DNA of 64,000 nucleotides from an uncultured Dehalococcoidaceae bacterium (GCA_964558675.1 CAZLEY010000005.1:1519-65518), one strand, 5' to 3'. Counted from the first letter of the stretch, positions 38,571 through 48,246 are shown. Notes: generated by a model not told the origin, from the sequence alone. Translations and numbers: made by a program.

Positions 38571-39200
38571 ATGGCTACATTGGAAGAATTGCAGGCGAGA
38601 ATACAAAGACTGGATGACATAAAGCAGATAGAGAGGTTACAGAGAATCTACGGCTACTATCGCGACTACGAGGAGTGGGAGAAGGTCGTCGACCTTTTCA
38701 GTGATAACGCCGAGTCAGTAGAGGAATGTGACTATGGCGTCTATAAGGGCAAGGAAGGCGTCAGGCGGTATTACATCGACCTTCTCAAGGGCGGCAAGGA
38801 CGCCAAACCCAGGACTGGCTACATGTCCATCGGTATGCAGATTCAGGGCGTGGTCACGGTTGATTCTGACGGCAAGACCGCTAAAGGCCGCTGGTACGGT
38901 TTCTTTGCGGAAGCCCGGCCTACGCTGACCTTGCATGAGGGGGAACTCAGGCAGTTGTGGGCTCACGGCATTTACGAGAACGAGTATGTCAAGGAGGATG
39001 GCAAGTGGATGTTTAAAAAACTCCATTTCTTCCTTAATTTCCGCACGCCGTACGAGGACGGCTGGCTCAAGACCCCGGTTGTCGGCCATAACGGCCCCAG
39101 CTTAGAAGTACCTCCGGATGCTCCGCCCACTACCTGGCGCCCCTATCCGTTCGGGTATCACTTCCCGGTTCATTTCAAGCATCCTATTACCGGACAATAA
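38571..39200 (+). CDS. NTF2/SnoaL_4-like protein, paralog 1
   Basis: LEELQARIQRLDDIKQIERLQRIYGYYRDYEEWEKVVDLFSDNAESVE. C-terminal tail PDAPPTTWRPYPFGYHFPVHFKHPITGQ. GAGGAGG ribosome-binding site. Confidence 0.7.
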   Translation: MATLEELQARIQRLDDIKQIERLQRIYGYYRDYEEWEKVVDLFSDNAESVEECDYGVYKGKEGVRRYYIDLLKGGKDAKPRTGYMSIGMQIQGVVTVDSDGKTAKGRWYGFFAEARPTLTLHEGELRQLWAHGIYENEYVKEDGKWMFKKLHFFLNFRTPYEDGWLKTPVVGHNGPSLEVPPDAPPTTWRPYPFGYHFPVHFKHPITGQ

Positions 39201-39217
39201 GAAAAAGGTGATATGTC

Positions 39218-39811
39218 ATGAATCTTGAAGAGCTGGAAAAGCGGGTAACTCTCCTTGAAGATATTCAGGAGATAGAAAACCTTCAGAAAATGTACGGTTA
39301 CTACTTCGATACCGGGATGTATCAGGAGGTAATCGACCTTTTCTCCGAGAATACGGAGTCGGTTGAAGTCACCGACCACGGGGTGTTCCGGGGGAAGGAG
39401 GGAGTCGTCAGGATGTATGCCGGTATGGTAGGTGTGAAGCGCCCCGGCTGGATGTTTTTTGAGGTCATGCAGTCGCAGGGCGTTATCTACGTAGCCCCGG
39501 ACGGAAAGGCCGCCACGGGACGCTGGTATACCCCGTCGTTCGAATGCCGGCCTTTCGGCGGTACGAAGAAGCAGACCTGGCAGTTCGGGGTCTATGACAA
39601 CGAATATATCAAGGAAAACGGGAAGTGGTATTTCAAGAAGCTGCACTGGAACATCACGTACTGGACCTCATTCGAGAGGGGGTTCCTCAAGGTCCCCAGG
39701 CTATCGGACACGCCGTTTCCCCACGCCGATGCCCCGGCGACGGCCTATCATCCCTATCCGTCAGGACATCACGTTCCCTATCCCTTTAAACACCCGGTTA
39801 CCGGCGAGTAA
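39218..39811 (+). CDS. NTF2/SnoaL_4-like protein, paralog 2
   Basis: MNLEELEKRVTLLEDIQEIENLQKMYGYYFD...FKHPVTGE. 17-nt gap from paralog 1. Confidence 0.7.
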   Translation: MNLEELEKRVTLLEDIQEIENLQKMYGYYFDTGMYQEVIDLFSENTESVEVTDHGVFRGKEGVVRMYAGMVGVKRPGWMFFEVMQSQGVIYVAPDGKAATGRWYTPSFECRPFGGTKKQTWQFGVYDNEYIKENGKWYFKKLHWNITYWTSFERGFLKVPRLSDTPFPHADAPATAYHPYPSGHHVPYPFKHPVTGE

Positions 39812-39830
39812 ATAAAAAAGGTGGTGAACT

Positions 39831-40439
39831 ATGAATCTTGAAGAACTGGAAAAGCAGGTACAGCTCCAGGAGGACATCCAGGAGATTGAGCACCTTCAGA
39901 GGACATATGGCTATTATTTCGATACCAACATGTGGGGCGAGATTGTCGATTTGTTCTCCGATAACACCGAGTCCGTGGAGATAGTCGATCACGGCGTCTT
40001 CTACGGCAAGAAGGGGGTAAAAAGGGTATATGCAGACATGATAGGAGGTAAAGATAGAGGTCCTTCCCCGGCCTGGATGCAGTTCATCGTCATGCAGATT
40101 GGCGCGGTTATTGACGTTTCGCCCGACGGCAAGTCCGCCCGGGGAAGATGGCAGACCTGGCTATGTGAATCCAAGCCGTACGGTGCTTTCGCCAGGCAGG
40201 AGTGGCTGCACGGTTATTACGAGAATAAGTATGTCAAAGAGGATGGCAGGTGGAAGTTCTCACTGCTGCACTGGAATAACACCTTCTGCTCTCCCATCGA
40301 AGACGGGTGGCTGAACTTACCGCTAATGGGCTGGATGCCTGTTCCCGATGCGGACGCGCCGCCGACAGCGTTCCACCCTTACCCCGACTTTATTAATAAT
40401 GTCCCTTATCACTACAAACACCCCATTACCGGTGAATAA
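39831..40439 (+). CDS. NTF2/SnoaL_4-like protein, paralog 3
   Basis: MNLEELEKQVQLQEDIQEIEHLQRTYGYYFD...YKHPITGE. 19-nt gap from paralog 2. Confidence 0.7.
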   Translation: MNLEELEKQVQLQEDIQEIEHLQRTYGYYFDTNMWGEIVDLFSDNTESVEIVDHGVFYGKKGVKRVYADMIGGKDRGPSPAWMQFIVMQIGAVIDVSPDGKSARGRWQTWLCESKPYGAFARQEWLHGYYENKYVKEDGRWKFSLLHWNNTFCSPIEDGWLNLPLMGWMPVPDADAPPTAFHPYPDFINNVPYHYKHPITGE

Positions 40440-40568
40440 ACCGATAACGGGATATTCTTGTTAAAGGTGGAGGGGACTTTTCGTCCCCCGGCTGTTCGGT
40501 ACGAAGAGGGAAATGTCCATCATTTCTCTAGCGACCTATTCAAGGACACAATAGAAAGGCTGATTATA

Positions 40569-43202
40569 ATGTCAGATGAGGAAGATAGATTGAAAGCTCG
40601 CAGTAAAACCGGGCACGTAGCGTCTCCGGTTTCGGAAGGGGCAGTCAAGACGTTTATTAAAGGGATGGCTCTCGGCGGTCACGGAGCTATGCCCGCCGCT
40701 ATTGACACTAAAAACGGCAAAATAGTCAGGATAAGGCCATTACATCTGGACTGGAAATACGACAAGAAAGAATTCAATCCCTGGAAGATTGAGGTGCGTG
40801 GCAATACCTTTAAACCGTCTATGAAAATCTTTCAGCCTCCCTTCAATCTTGCCTATAAAAAGCGCGTTTACTCTCCTAACAGGATTAAATACCCCCTGAA
40901 GAGGGTCGATTGGGATCCGAATGGGGAGAGAAACCCGCAGAATAGAGGTAAGAGCAAGTTCAAGAGAATTACCTGGGACGAGGCGACAGATATAATAGCC
41001 GGCGAGATAAAAAGAATAAAAGCGGAATACGGTTCGTATGCCATATTGGCACAGGGAGATGGACACGGAGAATCCAAAATCGTGCACGCCGCCCATGGCT
41101 GCCAGTACGAGTTTCTCAAGCTTCTGGGGGGCAGCACCTTTCAGCAGAGAAGCCCGGATAGCTGGGAGGGATGGTACTGGGGGGCCAAGCATGTCTGGGG
41201 AATGGACAAGACCGTGGGTTTGATGGACCCGCAGACCAATATAGTCAAGGATATGTCTGAAAATGCTGAAATGCTGCTGTTCTGGGGGTGTGACCCGGAA
41301 ACTACCCCCTACTTTTATCTGGCGGGATTACCGAGTCAGCTTTGCTATTTCTGGTCAAAAGCCGGTATAAAACAAATATACATATGTCCCGACCTGAACT
41401 ATGGAGCCGCCGTTCATGCCGATAAATGGATACCAGTACTGCCCAACACGGATACGGCTCTGCAACTCGCTATAGCCTATATCTGGATAACCGAAGGCAC
41501 TTACGACAAGGACTATGTGGCCAGGCATACCGTCGGTTTTGAACAATTCTCAGATTATGTTACGGGTAAGGAAGATGGCATCCCCAAGACACCGGAGTGG
41601 GCTTCGCCAAAATGCGGTGTGCCGGAATGGACGATTAAGGCGTTGGCCAGGGAATTCGCCGTGAAAACCACTTCTATAATACACTCCTTCGGCGGTTCCT
41701 ATATCCGCGGGCCATACTCAAGTGAGCCCGCCAGATTGGAAGTTATATTGCTGGGTATGCAGGGACTTGGGAAACCTGGAGTCCACCAGCAGAGCTGGTG
41801 GAAAGGGTTCCCCAGAGCCGTGGCAATGCCAACCGAGACTCCGGCCAGACAGGGTTCCTACTATGGATGGTTCTTCCCTCCTCCACCACAGGTTCTGCCG
41901 AAGACGCTTATTCAAAAGGCTATTCTCAGTGATGAGCCTATCAACTGGTACGGCAGCTCGGCACAGGTCTGCCCGACTGAAGACCAGTTTAAGAAATACA
42001 CCTATCCCATATCGGAAGAAGAGGGCGGCGCGGAAATACACATGGTCTGGAGTGATACTCCATGCCGTACGACTTGCTGGAATGGCGGCAACGATACTAT
42101 AGAGGCCTTCCAGAACCCTAAGCTCGAATGCATTGTCGTCCAGCACCAGTGGCTTGAGAACGATACTCTGCTAGCCGACATAATATTGCCGGTTAACACC
42201 AAATTAGAAGAACAGGATTTTGGCATAGACCGTGATTCACAGTTCTTCAGTATCTTCCTTGAAGGAAAAAGTATCGAGCCCGTTGGCGAGTCCAGGAGCG
42301 ACTACGAGATAGTATGCGAAGTAGCCAGAAAACTTGGCCTGTATGGAGAATTTACCAGAGGTAAGACGGTAGAGGAATGGATAAAATACGGCTATGAAAA
42401 CTCAAACATTCAGGGGCTGGTCAGCTGGGAGGAGCTTAAAGAAAAGCAGTATTACGTCGTCCCAACAGCACCGGATTGGGAAAAAGACCTGGCCGGCCTG
42501 GCAAATTTCTACAAGGACCCCGAAGCCAATCCCCTGGGAACGCCGTCAGGAAAGCTGGAGTTCTATTCAGAGAGAATAGCCCGGTACTTCCCGGATGACA
42601 GGGAGAGGCCGCCGGTACCGCACTGGATTGAAAAGAGCGTAATGCATGATGAAAGGCTTTCCAGCAAAAGGGCCAGGAGGTATCCCCTGCTGTTAATGTC
42701 CAATCACCCCAGGTGGAGATTGCATGCTCAGTGTGACGATATATCGTGGACAAGGGAAATTCCGACATGCAAGGTCATGGGGTTGGACGGCTACATGTAC
42801 GAGCCCCTGTGGCTTAATCCAGATGAGGCAGCCAGGCGAGGCATTAAGAATGGCGATATCGTTAAGGTCTTCAACGAGAGGGGCGCTGTCCTCGGTGGTG
42901 CCTGCGTAACCGAAAGGCTGATGCCCGGAGTTGCCTATATGGACCACGGGGCAAGGTGTGACTGGATAATACCCGGAGATCTAGACCGGGGTGGTGCCAT
43001 TAATCTGATATCTCCCGAAGGTACTACCTCTACAAACTGCGTCGGGCAGGCTACGAGCGGTTACTTGATTGAGGTGGAAAAGGTCAGTACAGAGCAGATG
43101 GAAGAATGGAAGCAGCGATATCCAGAAGCGTTCGAAAGAGAGTATGACCCGGCTTCCGGACTTCGATTTAATGCCTGGGTTCAGGGAACTACACAGATAT
43201 AA
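40569..43202 (+). CDS. FeS-less bis-PGD molybdoenzyme, pyrogallol-phloroglucinol transhydroxylase large-subunit-like
   Basis: No Cys in the first ~150 aa. The blocks NPWKIEVRGNTFKP, YPLKRVDWDPNGERNPQNRG, FKRITWDEATDIIAGEIKRIKAEYG, PDSWEGWYWGAKHVWG and FWGCDPETT resemble AthL as I recall it. The start is ambiguous (ATG at 40569 versus the track's TTG at 40458). Confidence 0.8.
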   Translation: MSDEEDRLKARSKTGHVASPVSEGAVKTFIKGMALGGHGAMPAAIDTKNGKIVRIRPLHLDWKYDKKEFNPWKIEVRGNTFKPSMKIFQPPFNLAYKKRVYSPNRIKYPLKRVDWDPNGERNPQNRGKSKFKRITWDEATDIIAGEIKRIKAEYGSYAILAQGDGHGESKIVHAAHGCQYEFLKLLGGSTFQQRSPDSWEGWYWGAKHVWGMDKTVGLMDPQTNIVKDMSENAEMLLFWGCDPETTPYFYLAGLPSQLCYFWSKAGIKQIYICPDLNYGAAVHADKWIPVLPNTDTALQLAIAYIWITEGTYDKDYVARHTVGFEQFSDYVTGKEDGIPKTPEWASPKCGVPEWTIKALAREFAVKTTSIIHSFGGSYIRGPYSSEPARLEVILLGMQGLGKPGVHQQSWWKGFPRAVAMPTETPARQGSYYGWFFPPPPQVLPKTLIQKAILSDEPINWYGSSAQVCPTEDQFKKYTYPISEEEGGAEIHMVWSDTPCRTTCWNGGNDTIEAFQNPKLECIVVQHQWLENDTLLADIILPVNTKLEEQDFGIDRDSQFFSIFLEGKSIEPVGESRSDYEIVCEVARKLGLYGEFTRGKTVEEWIKYGYENSNIQGLVSWEELKEKQYYVVPTAPDWEKDLAGLANFYKDPEANPLGTPSGKLEFYSERIARYFPDDRERPPVPHWIEKSVMHDERLSSKRARRYPLLLMSNHPRWRLHAQCDDISWTREIPTCKVMGLDGYMYEPLWLNPDEAARRGIKNGDIVKVFNERGAVLGGACVTERLMPGVAYMDHGARCDWIIPGDLDRGGAINLISPEGTTSTNCVGQATSGYLIEVEKVSTEQMEEWKQRYPEAFEREYDPASGLRFNAWVQGTTQI

Positions 43203-43267
43203 ACAGACTCTATAAACGGTGACAGTCTACAAATTTAAAATAGAAGTGATTTCGGTAGCATACAATA

Positions 43268-43288
43268 GGGGGGCTATATTAGCCCCCC
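43268..43288. terminator. bidirectional terminator between convergent genes
   Basis: GGGGGGCTA-tat-TAGCCCCCC followed by TTATTATTT. Confidence 0.6.
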
Positions 43289-43342
43289 TTATTATTTCGT
43301 CGAGTATTGATTAAAAACTAATGCCGGTTTAGTGCAACAGGC

Positions 43343-44650
43343 TTATCCTGGTTTCATCAGATTGGGCAGAAATAGCACGATATCAGGAAAAGCAATGAGA
43401 AGAATCAGGCAAATAATCATTGATGCCAGGAACGGGAATACGCCTCTGAAAATGGTAAATATGGGTACATCCTTTATCATTCCAGAAAGCGCATAGACCA
43501 CGATTCCCACCGGCGGGGTTATGCCTCCCATTAATATTGTCATGACGATGAGGACGGAAAGCCAGACGGGGTCATAACCCATATTAACAAGCACGGGGTG
43601 GAGGACCGGTGCTGTAATCAGGACGATAGGAATAATATCCACGACGAAACCGAGGATGATGTAGACTATCAGTGTGAGTACCAGAATAACGAAACGTGGA
43701 AGCTCAAGCGCGGCAATACCTTCCGACAGGTTTAGTGGTATCTCCGAAACTGTAACAAATCGCGTGAAAATCATGGCGCCGATGATAAGAAGAAACAGCT
43801 TACCCGTCAGAAGGGCCGTATCGCCAATACCGCCTGAAAAAGCCTGCCATGTCAGGCGCCTGAATATGAACCCGATTACGAGCGCTCCAAAGACACCGAT
43901 AGCGGCGGCTTCGGTCGGTGTGAACAGGCCGCCGTAGATGCCTCCCAGTACCAGTACAATCAGCAGGAAACTGCCCAGGATATAGCGAATTGACTTGAAC
44001 CTTTCGCCCCAGGTGGCTCGGGGAGAAGGCGTGGCCAGCGAAGGATCAATCTTACACCAACCTATAATCGAGACTATGAAAAGGACGGCGAGCAGTACTC
44101 CGGGGAATATGCCAGCTATAAAAAGTACGCCTATAGACTGTTCGGTTATTATGGCGTAGATAACAAATGCCAGACTGGGAGGTATCAGCAAGCCCAGATT
44201 GCCCGCTGAAGCGAGGATACCCGTCGATAGTACATCCTTGTATTTGTACTTACGCATTTCAGGGAGAGCTATCGTTCCTATGGCGGCGGCTGTGGCTACG
44301 GCATCACCGCATATGGCCCCGAATATCGTGCAGGCCGCTGTAGCCGCCATGGCCAGGCCTCCCCTGACGTGCCCCAGCCATTTGTTCATAACGTAGAACA
44401 GGTCCGTACTTAACCCCAGGCGCATAGCGAGAAAGCCCATAGCGATGAAGAGTGGTATGACACCAAGATTGAAGTCCGAAGCCGTTCGAAAAGCCTGAAT
44501 ACTGAGCACTGAGAGTCCCGCATCCCAGCCCCGGATGACGCTGAATCCTATGAATCCAACGATGGCCATGACAATGCCAATGGGCATGTTTAGAAAGAGG
44601 AGTATAAAAAAAAGCCCCAGGCCTATGGCGCCTACCAGGCCGGCACTCAT
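43343..44650 (-). CDS. dctM: TRAP transporter large permease (DctM family)
   Basis: 435 aa and polytopic. 4-nt overlap with dctQ. Confidence 0.85.
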   Translation of the reverse strand: MSAGLVGAIGLGLFFILLFLNMPIGIVMAIVGFIGFSVIRGWDAGLSVLSIQAFRTASDFNLGVIPLFIAMGFLAMRLGLSTDLFYVMNKWLGHVRGGLAMAATAACTIFGAICGDAVATAAAIGTIALPEMRKYKYKDVLSTGILASAGNLGLLIPPSLAFVIYAIITEQSIGVLFIAGIFPGVLLAVLFIVSIIGWCKIDPSLATPSPRATWGERFKSIRYILGSFLLIVLVLGGIYGGLFTPTEAAAIGVFGALVIGFIFRRLTWQAFSGGIGDTALLTGKLFLLIIGAMIFTRFVTVSEIPLNLSEGIAALELPRFVILVLTLIVYIILGFVVDIIPIVLITAPVLHPVLVNMGYDPVWLSVLIVMTILMGGITPPVGIVVYALSGMIKDVPIFTIFRGVFPFLASMIICLILLIAFPDIVLFLPNLMKPG

Positions 44651-45150
44651 AGCTCCTCCTTGCCTCTTACGGCATCAATAAACCTGACAAAAAGCATAAG
44701 GCCTGCCCATATGGCACCGAAGGCCACAACGAAAATAAAAGGATAGATTGGGATGTCCAGTATTTGGGACTCGGCATGCATTCTCTGCTGCTGCAGTGCG
44801 TAGACTATGCTCTGCCAGCCAATAGCAAGCAATACCAGCGAACTGACAACGTCAAATGCACGCCTGAGGAAGTTTCTTACTCGTTCCGGGAAACGGGCTA
44901 CCAGCACGTCAACGCTTATGTGCCTTTCCCGGCCGGTGCTGTACAGAATTGAGCCCCAGACCACAAATACAAGTCCGAATCCCATGAGCTCGTAGCTGAA
45001 TCCCAGGGGGTTATTGAACGCACGGCGTAAGGTAACATCTACGACTACCATGAGCACGACAAGAATCATTACCAGTGCCATAGCAACAATAGCCCAGTTC
45101 CCTACCTTAAAAAGTAGCTTTTTAAGAAAACTGCCTGTTCTCAGCCACAT
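44647..45150 (-). CDS. dctQ: TRAP transporter small permease (DctQ family)
   Basis: 167 aa with 4 TM helices, between dctP and dctM. Confidence 0.8.
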   Translation of the reverse strand: MWLRTGSFLKKLLFKVGNWAIVAMALVMILVVLMVVVDVTLRRAFNNPLGFSYELMGFGLVFVVWGSILYSTGRERHISVDVLVARFPERVRNFLRRAFDVVSSLVLLAIGWQSIVYALQQQRMHAESQILDIPIYPFIFVVAFGAIWAGLMLFVRFIDAVRGKEEL

Positions 45151-45162
45151 CTAAAATTCTCT

Positions 45163-46251
45163 TTATTTGGCAAACTCTTTCGCCAGAGCGTAAGCTTCCT
45201 CCAGGATGTCCTTGGCAGGTATCCCCTTGTCTTCATTCTCCTCTATCCAGTCATCGCGGACGACGGTAGTAGCTTCCACCCACCGTTCCCTTTCATCGTC
45301 GGTAATGTAGTAAACCGGAGGATTACCCACTTCGGCATCGTGCCCTCCAATGATGCCAAGGAACTTCTGGTCCTCTTCATCAAACATGGCGCCACAGCGC
45401 TGTGAGAAAGCCAGTCCCGTTGTTTCGTCAAACACCTTCTTGATGTCCTCGGGTAGTTCGTTCCAGGCATCAAGGTTCATGTACATCGGCATTATATTGA
45501 CCCACATATTGATATTGCCGGTGCGGTACTTCGTTACCTCGAATTCATGGAAAATAAATGCCTTCTCCCAGTTGGTCGCCAGGCCATCTACTATACCTGT
45601 CTCAAGTGCCGTGTACATTTCTCCTGACGGTATGTAGGTGGCCGTTGCACCTAATGCTTCCAGAGTATCCAGCCCTATATCCTGGCCGGTTGCCAGCTTC
45701 AGACCTTTCAAGTCTTCCATACTCTTAACCTGCTTGCCATTGTTGCACAGGTTGTCCGGAGCAACGGGGATTAACCAGAGGGGTTTGACATCCTTCAGGT
45801 CGGTATCCATCATATATTTTTCCATCAATTTCCAGTGTACCCAGCCCCCCATTTCAGCAGAGGTATACAGGAACGGTAAAGCGCTGACATTATTACGCAG
45901 CATAACGCCCGCCTGTCCACCAGACAGGACAATATCAGCCTGACGGTTCACAACCATACTGTAATGGTCGTCTTGGGCACCCAATGAAGAGGCAGAATAA
46001 TGGGTTATTTCCACCCTGCCCCCGGTTTTTTCTCCTATCTCCGCAATCCATGGGTCTATCATGGCCGCAGCGGGTAAAGCCATTGGTGGTATCCAGGTAC
46101 TTAGTTTTAATTCATAAGTTTTCCCCGGTTCGGGTTCGGGTGCTGGAGTCGGCTGTGGCTCTGGTTCCGGCTCTGTTTCGGTGCAGGCGGCTAAAGCCAG
46201 ACTGCTGACCAGCACAATCATCAATACGACAAGGACCTTCTTCATTTTCAT
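45163..46251 (-). CDS. dctP: TRAP transporter substrate-binding lipoprotein (DctP family)
   Basis: Lipobox MKMKKVLVVLMIVLVSSLALAAC followed by a PE-rich linker. DctP-like body. Confidence 0.85.
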   Translation of the reverse strand: MKMKKVLVVLMIVLVSSLALAACTETEPEPEPQPTPAPEPEPGKTYELKLSTWIPPMALPAAAMIDPWIAEIGEKTGGRVEITHYSASSLGAQDDHYSMVVNRQADIVLSGGQAGVMLRNNVSALPFLYTSAEMGGWVHWKLMEKYMMDTDLKDVKPLWLIPVAPDNLCNNGKQVKSMEDLKGLKLATGQDIGLDTLEALGATATYIPSGEMYTALETGIVDGLATNWEKAFIFHEFEVTKYRTGNINMWVNIMPMYMNLDAWNELPEDIKKVFDETTGLAFSQRCGAMFDEEDQKFLGIIGGHDAEVGNPPVYYITDDERERWVEATTVVRDDWIEENEDKGIPAKDILEEAYALAKEFAK

Positions 46252-46438
46252 ACCTCCTTCTTGTGATTAAATTAAGTTGTCATTATATGGCCAACATTAA
46301 CAATTAATTTATTCAGCACCTCCTTTCGTATAGAATATATCCATTTCACGGTTCGTTTGAAATTAACTTCGGTGTGATTCTATTAACGAGATTGTATAAG
46401 GTGAAGAGTTGATGACTTGTGAATATTCGTATTGGCGA

Positions 46439-46487
46439 TTAAGTTCCATTAAATGAATTGCCCGTTCCGTTCCAGGTTATTATACAT
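46439..46487 (-). promoter_or_regulatory. dctP promoter/operator: minus-strand TATAAT followed by two direct repeats AACGGAAC / AATGGAAC spaced 21 nt
   Basis: Plus strand: TTAAGTTCCaTTAaaTGAATTgcccGTTCCGTTccaggTTATTATACAT. This is near-identical in architecture to 48247-48294. Confidence 0.45.
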
Positions 46488-46535
46488 TAACCGAGTTTTG
46501 TTAAGCAACCGTGAATGTCAGCCCCTATTCTGACG

Positions 46536-48086
46536 CTATACCTTCTCTGAGGCGGCGTTCAGTCCTGCCAGCCGACCGAAAGTCCAGGCCCGGCTGTGAC
46601 TGAGGCCCGGTATAGTGGTCGGATACTGACTTCCGAAGAAAGAGCCGGAGGCGTTCCCGGCCGCGTAAAGCCCCGGAATCACATTTCTCTCTGTATCCAG
46701 TACCTGTAGGCTCGTGTTAATTTTCAGGCCGCCCAGAATCACCAGATAGAGAGACGTCATTTTACAGGCATAAAACAGCGGCTTCTCAAGAGTCGTCAAC
46801 CGGTCGGGGTGCTTGCCAAAGTCCAGGTCTTTACCTTGCTGCGCCAGTTCGTTGTACCTGGCTACGGTCGCCTTGAATTTCTCGACGGGCACCTCCATCT
46901 TCTGCGCCAGCTCCTCAATAGTCGATGCTGTCAGTACATTCCCCTCTTCGATTGCATCGTCGAGCCACCTGTCATGCCACAGGTTGGTTGGCGGGCCCAT
47001 ATTTTTACAGCACTGGCTCCTCATTATCGGCACTTCCTGCTTCCACTTGTCGTCCCAGACTGACCAGGCAACATTGCCCGGCTGTTGCATGAGTTGGGAA
47101 CATTCATAACCCCAGGGCAGGTCTTCATTCATGAACCGTTCTCCGTTCAGGTTCACATAAAGCCATGGCTGACGGCCCAGGTCAAAAAGTGACTCCCCTC
47201 CCCAGGCCGTGTAATCGAAAAGCATCGCACAATGCGGCGGGTCATCTATAGCCGCGCCAATCCACATAGCCATCTTATGGCCGTCGCCGGTATTTGGTTC
47301 GGTATCATAGGGGCCAGCAATCTGTTGCCTGGTATAAGCCAATTTAGTCATATCAGGGTACAGGCTGCGAAGCTCACTCACGCCTTTCCAGCAATACTCC
47401 TTAACCATCTTGCGGTCACTCCCGTAATCCCCGGTACAGAGGACTACCGCCTTGCCGGCGTTGAACTGGATGTATTCACCCGCTTTGTTTTGCGCAATAA
47501 CACCGGTAACTCTGCCTTTTCCTTCTCTGATTAATCGCACCGCGGGAGTCTCGAAGCGAAAGTCTACCCCGTGCGCCCGGCTGTTATTCATCAGCATCTC
47601 GGCCAGACTCGCCTGCCAGCCATAGTTATTTGAATCGAAAACATGTATGACAGGGTAATTCGGGAAATACCATGGCTTGGTGGTCGTATCCAGGGCAACT
47701 TCTATATTGGCAGCTTCAGCCATATCCAGCAGCCAGTCCATAACACTATCACAATTATCCGCCCACACGTTAACCACTCTCTGGTTACCCCTGTAGGCAG
47801 CGGTCTCCATTATTGTGTATATGATTTGTCCCTTGTCGATTTCAATACCCGCCTTTTTCTGCATCCTGCTGGCGATGGCGGCATTATGAAGACCACGGAA
47901 GTTGTAGCCGGGTCCCTTTTCCAGCAGGATAGTTTTGGCACCTGCCTCTGCGGCCGAGAGGGCCGCGGTCAGTCCGGATATTCCGGCACCCAGTACAACG
48001 ACATCTGCGGTTATTGTCTCCCTGATGTCTTTATCAGGAACCGGTGGTGGCGGGACCTCAAAGCTCGCTTTTTCTTCAGGACTCAT
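46536..48086 (-). CDS. FAD-binding oxidoreductase of the fumarate-reductase / 3-ketosteroid-dehydrogenase (FAD_binding_2) family
   Basis: DVVVLGAGISGLTAALSAAEAGAKTILLEKG at the N-terminus. C-terminal IPGLYAAGNASGSFFG. Confidence 0.8.
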   Translation of the reverse strand: MSPEEKASFEVPPPPVPDKDIRETITADVVVLGAGISGLTAALSAAEAGAKTILLEKGPGYNFRGLHNAAIASRMQKKAGIEIDKGQIIYTIMETAAYRGNQRVVNVWADNCDSVMDWLLDMAEAANIEVALDTTTKPWYFPNYPVIHVFDSNNYGWQASLAEMLMNNSRAHGVDFRFETPAVRLIREGKGRVTGVIAQNKAGEYIQFNAGKAVVLCTGDYGSDRKMVKEYCWKGVSELRSLYPDMTKLAYTRQQIAGPYDTEPNTGDGHKMAMWIGAAIDDPPHCAMLFDYTAWGGESLFDLGRQPWLYVNLNGERFMNEDLPWGYECSQLMQQPGNVAWSVWDDKWKQEVPIMRSQCCKNMGPPTNLWHDRWLDDAIEEGNVLTASTIEELAQKMEVPVEKFKATVARYNELAQQGKDLDFGKHPDRLTTLEKPLFYACKMTSLYLVILGGLKINTSLQVLDTERNVIPGLYAAGNASGSFFGSQYPTTIPGLSHSRAWTFGRLAGLNAASEKV

Positions 48087-48246
48087 AATCGTTTCTCCTT
48101 TCCTCGCTGCGTGCGGCGAATAGCCGCAAAGACGATTGCTCAGGGCGCTGTGATTCTAATAGCGTTTCTGCGAATTTAGCTTTTCAATCAGGGCGTCAGC
48201 TTTACTTGCTGGAAGTATATATTATTGAGTACGTTCTATTGTGACG

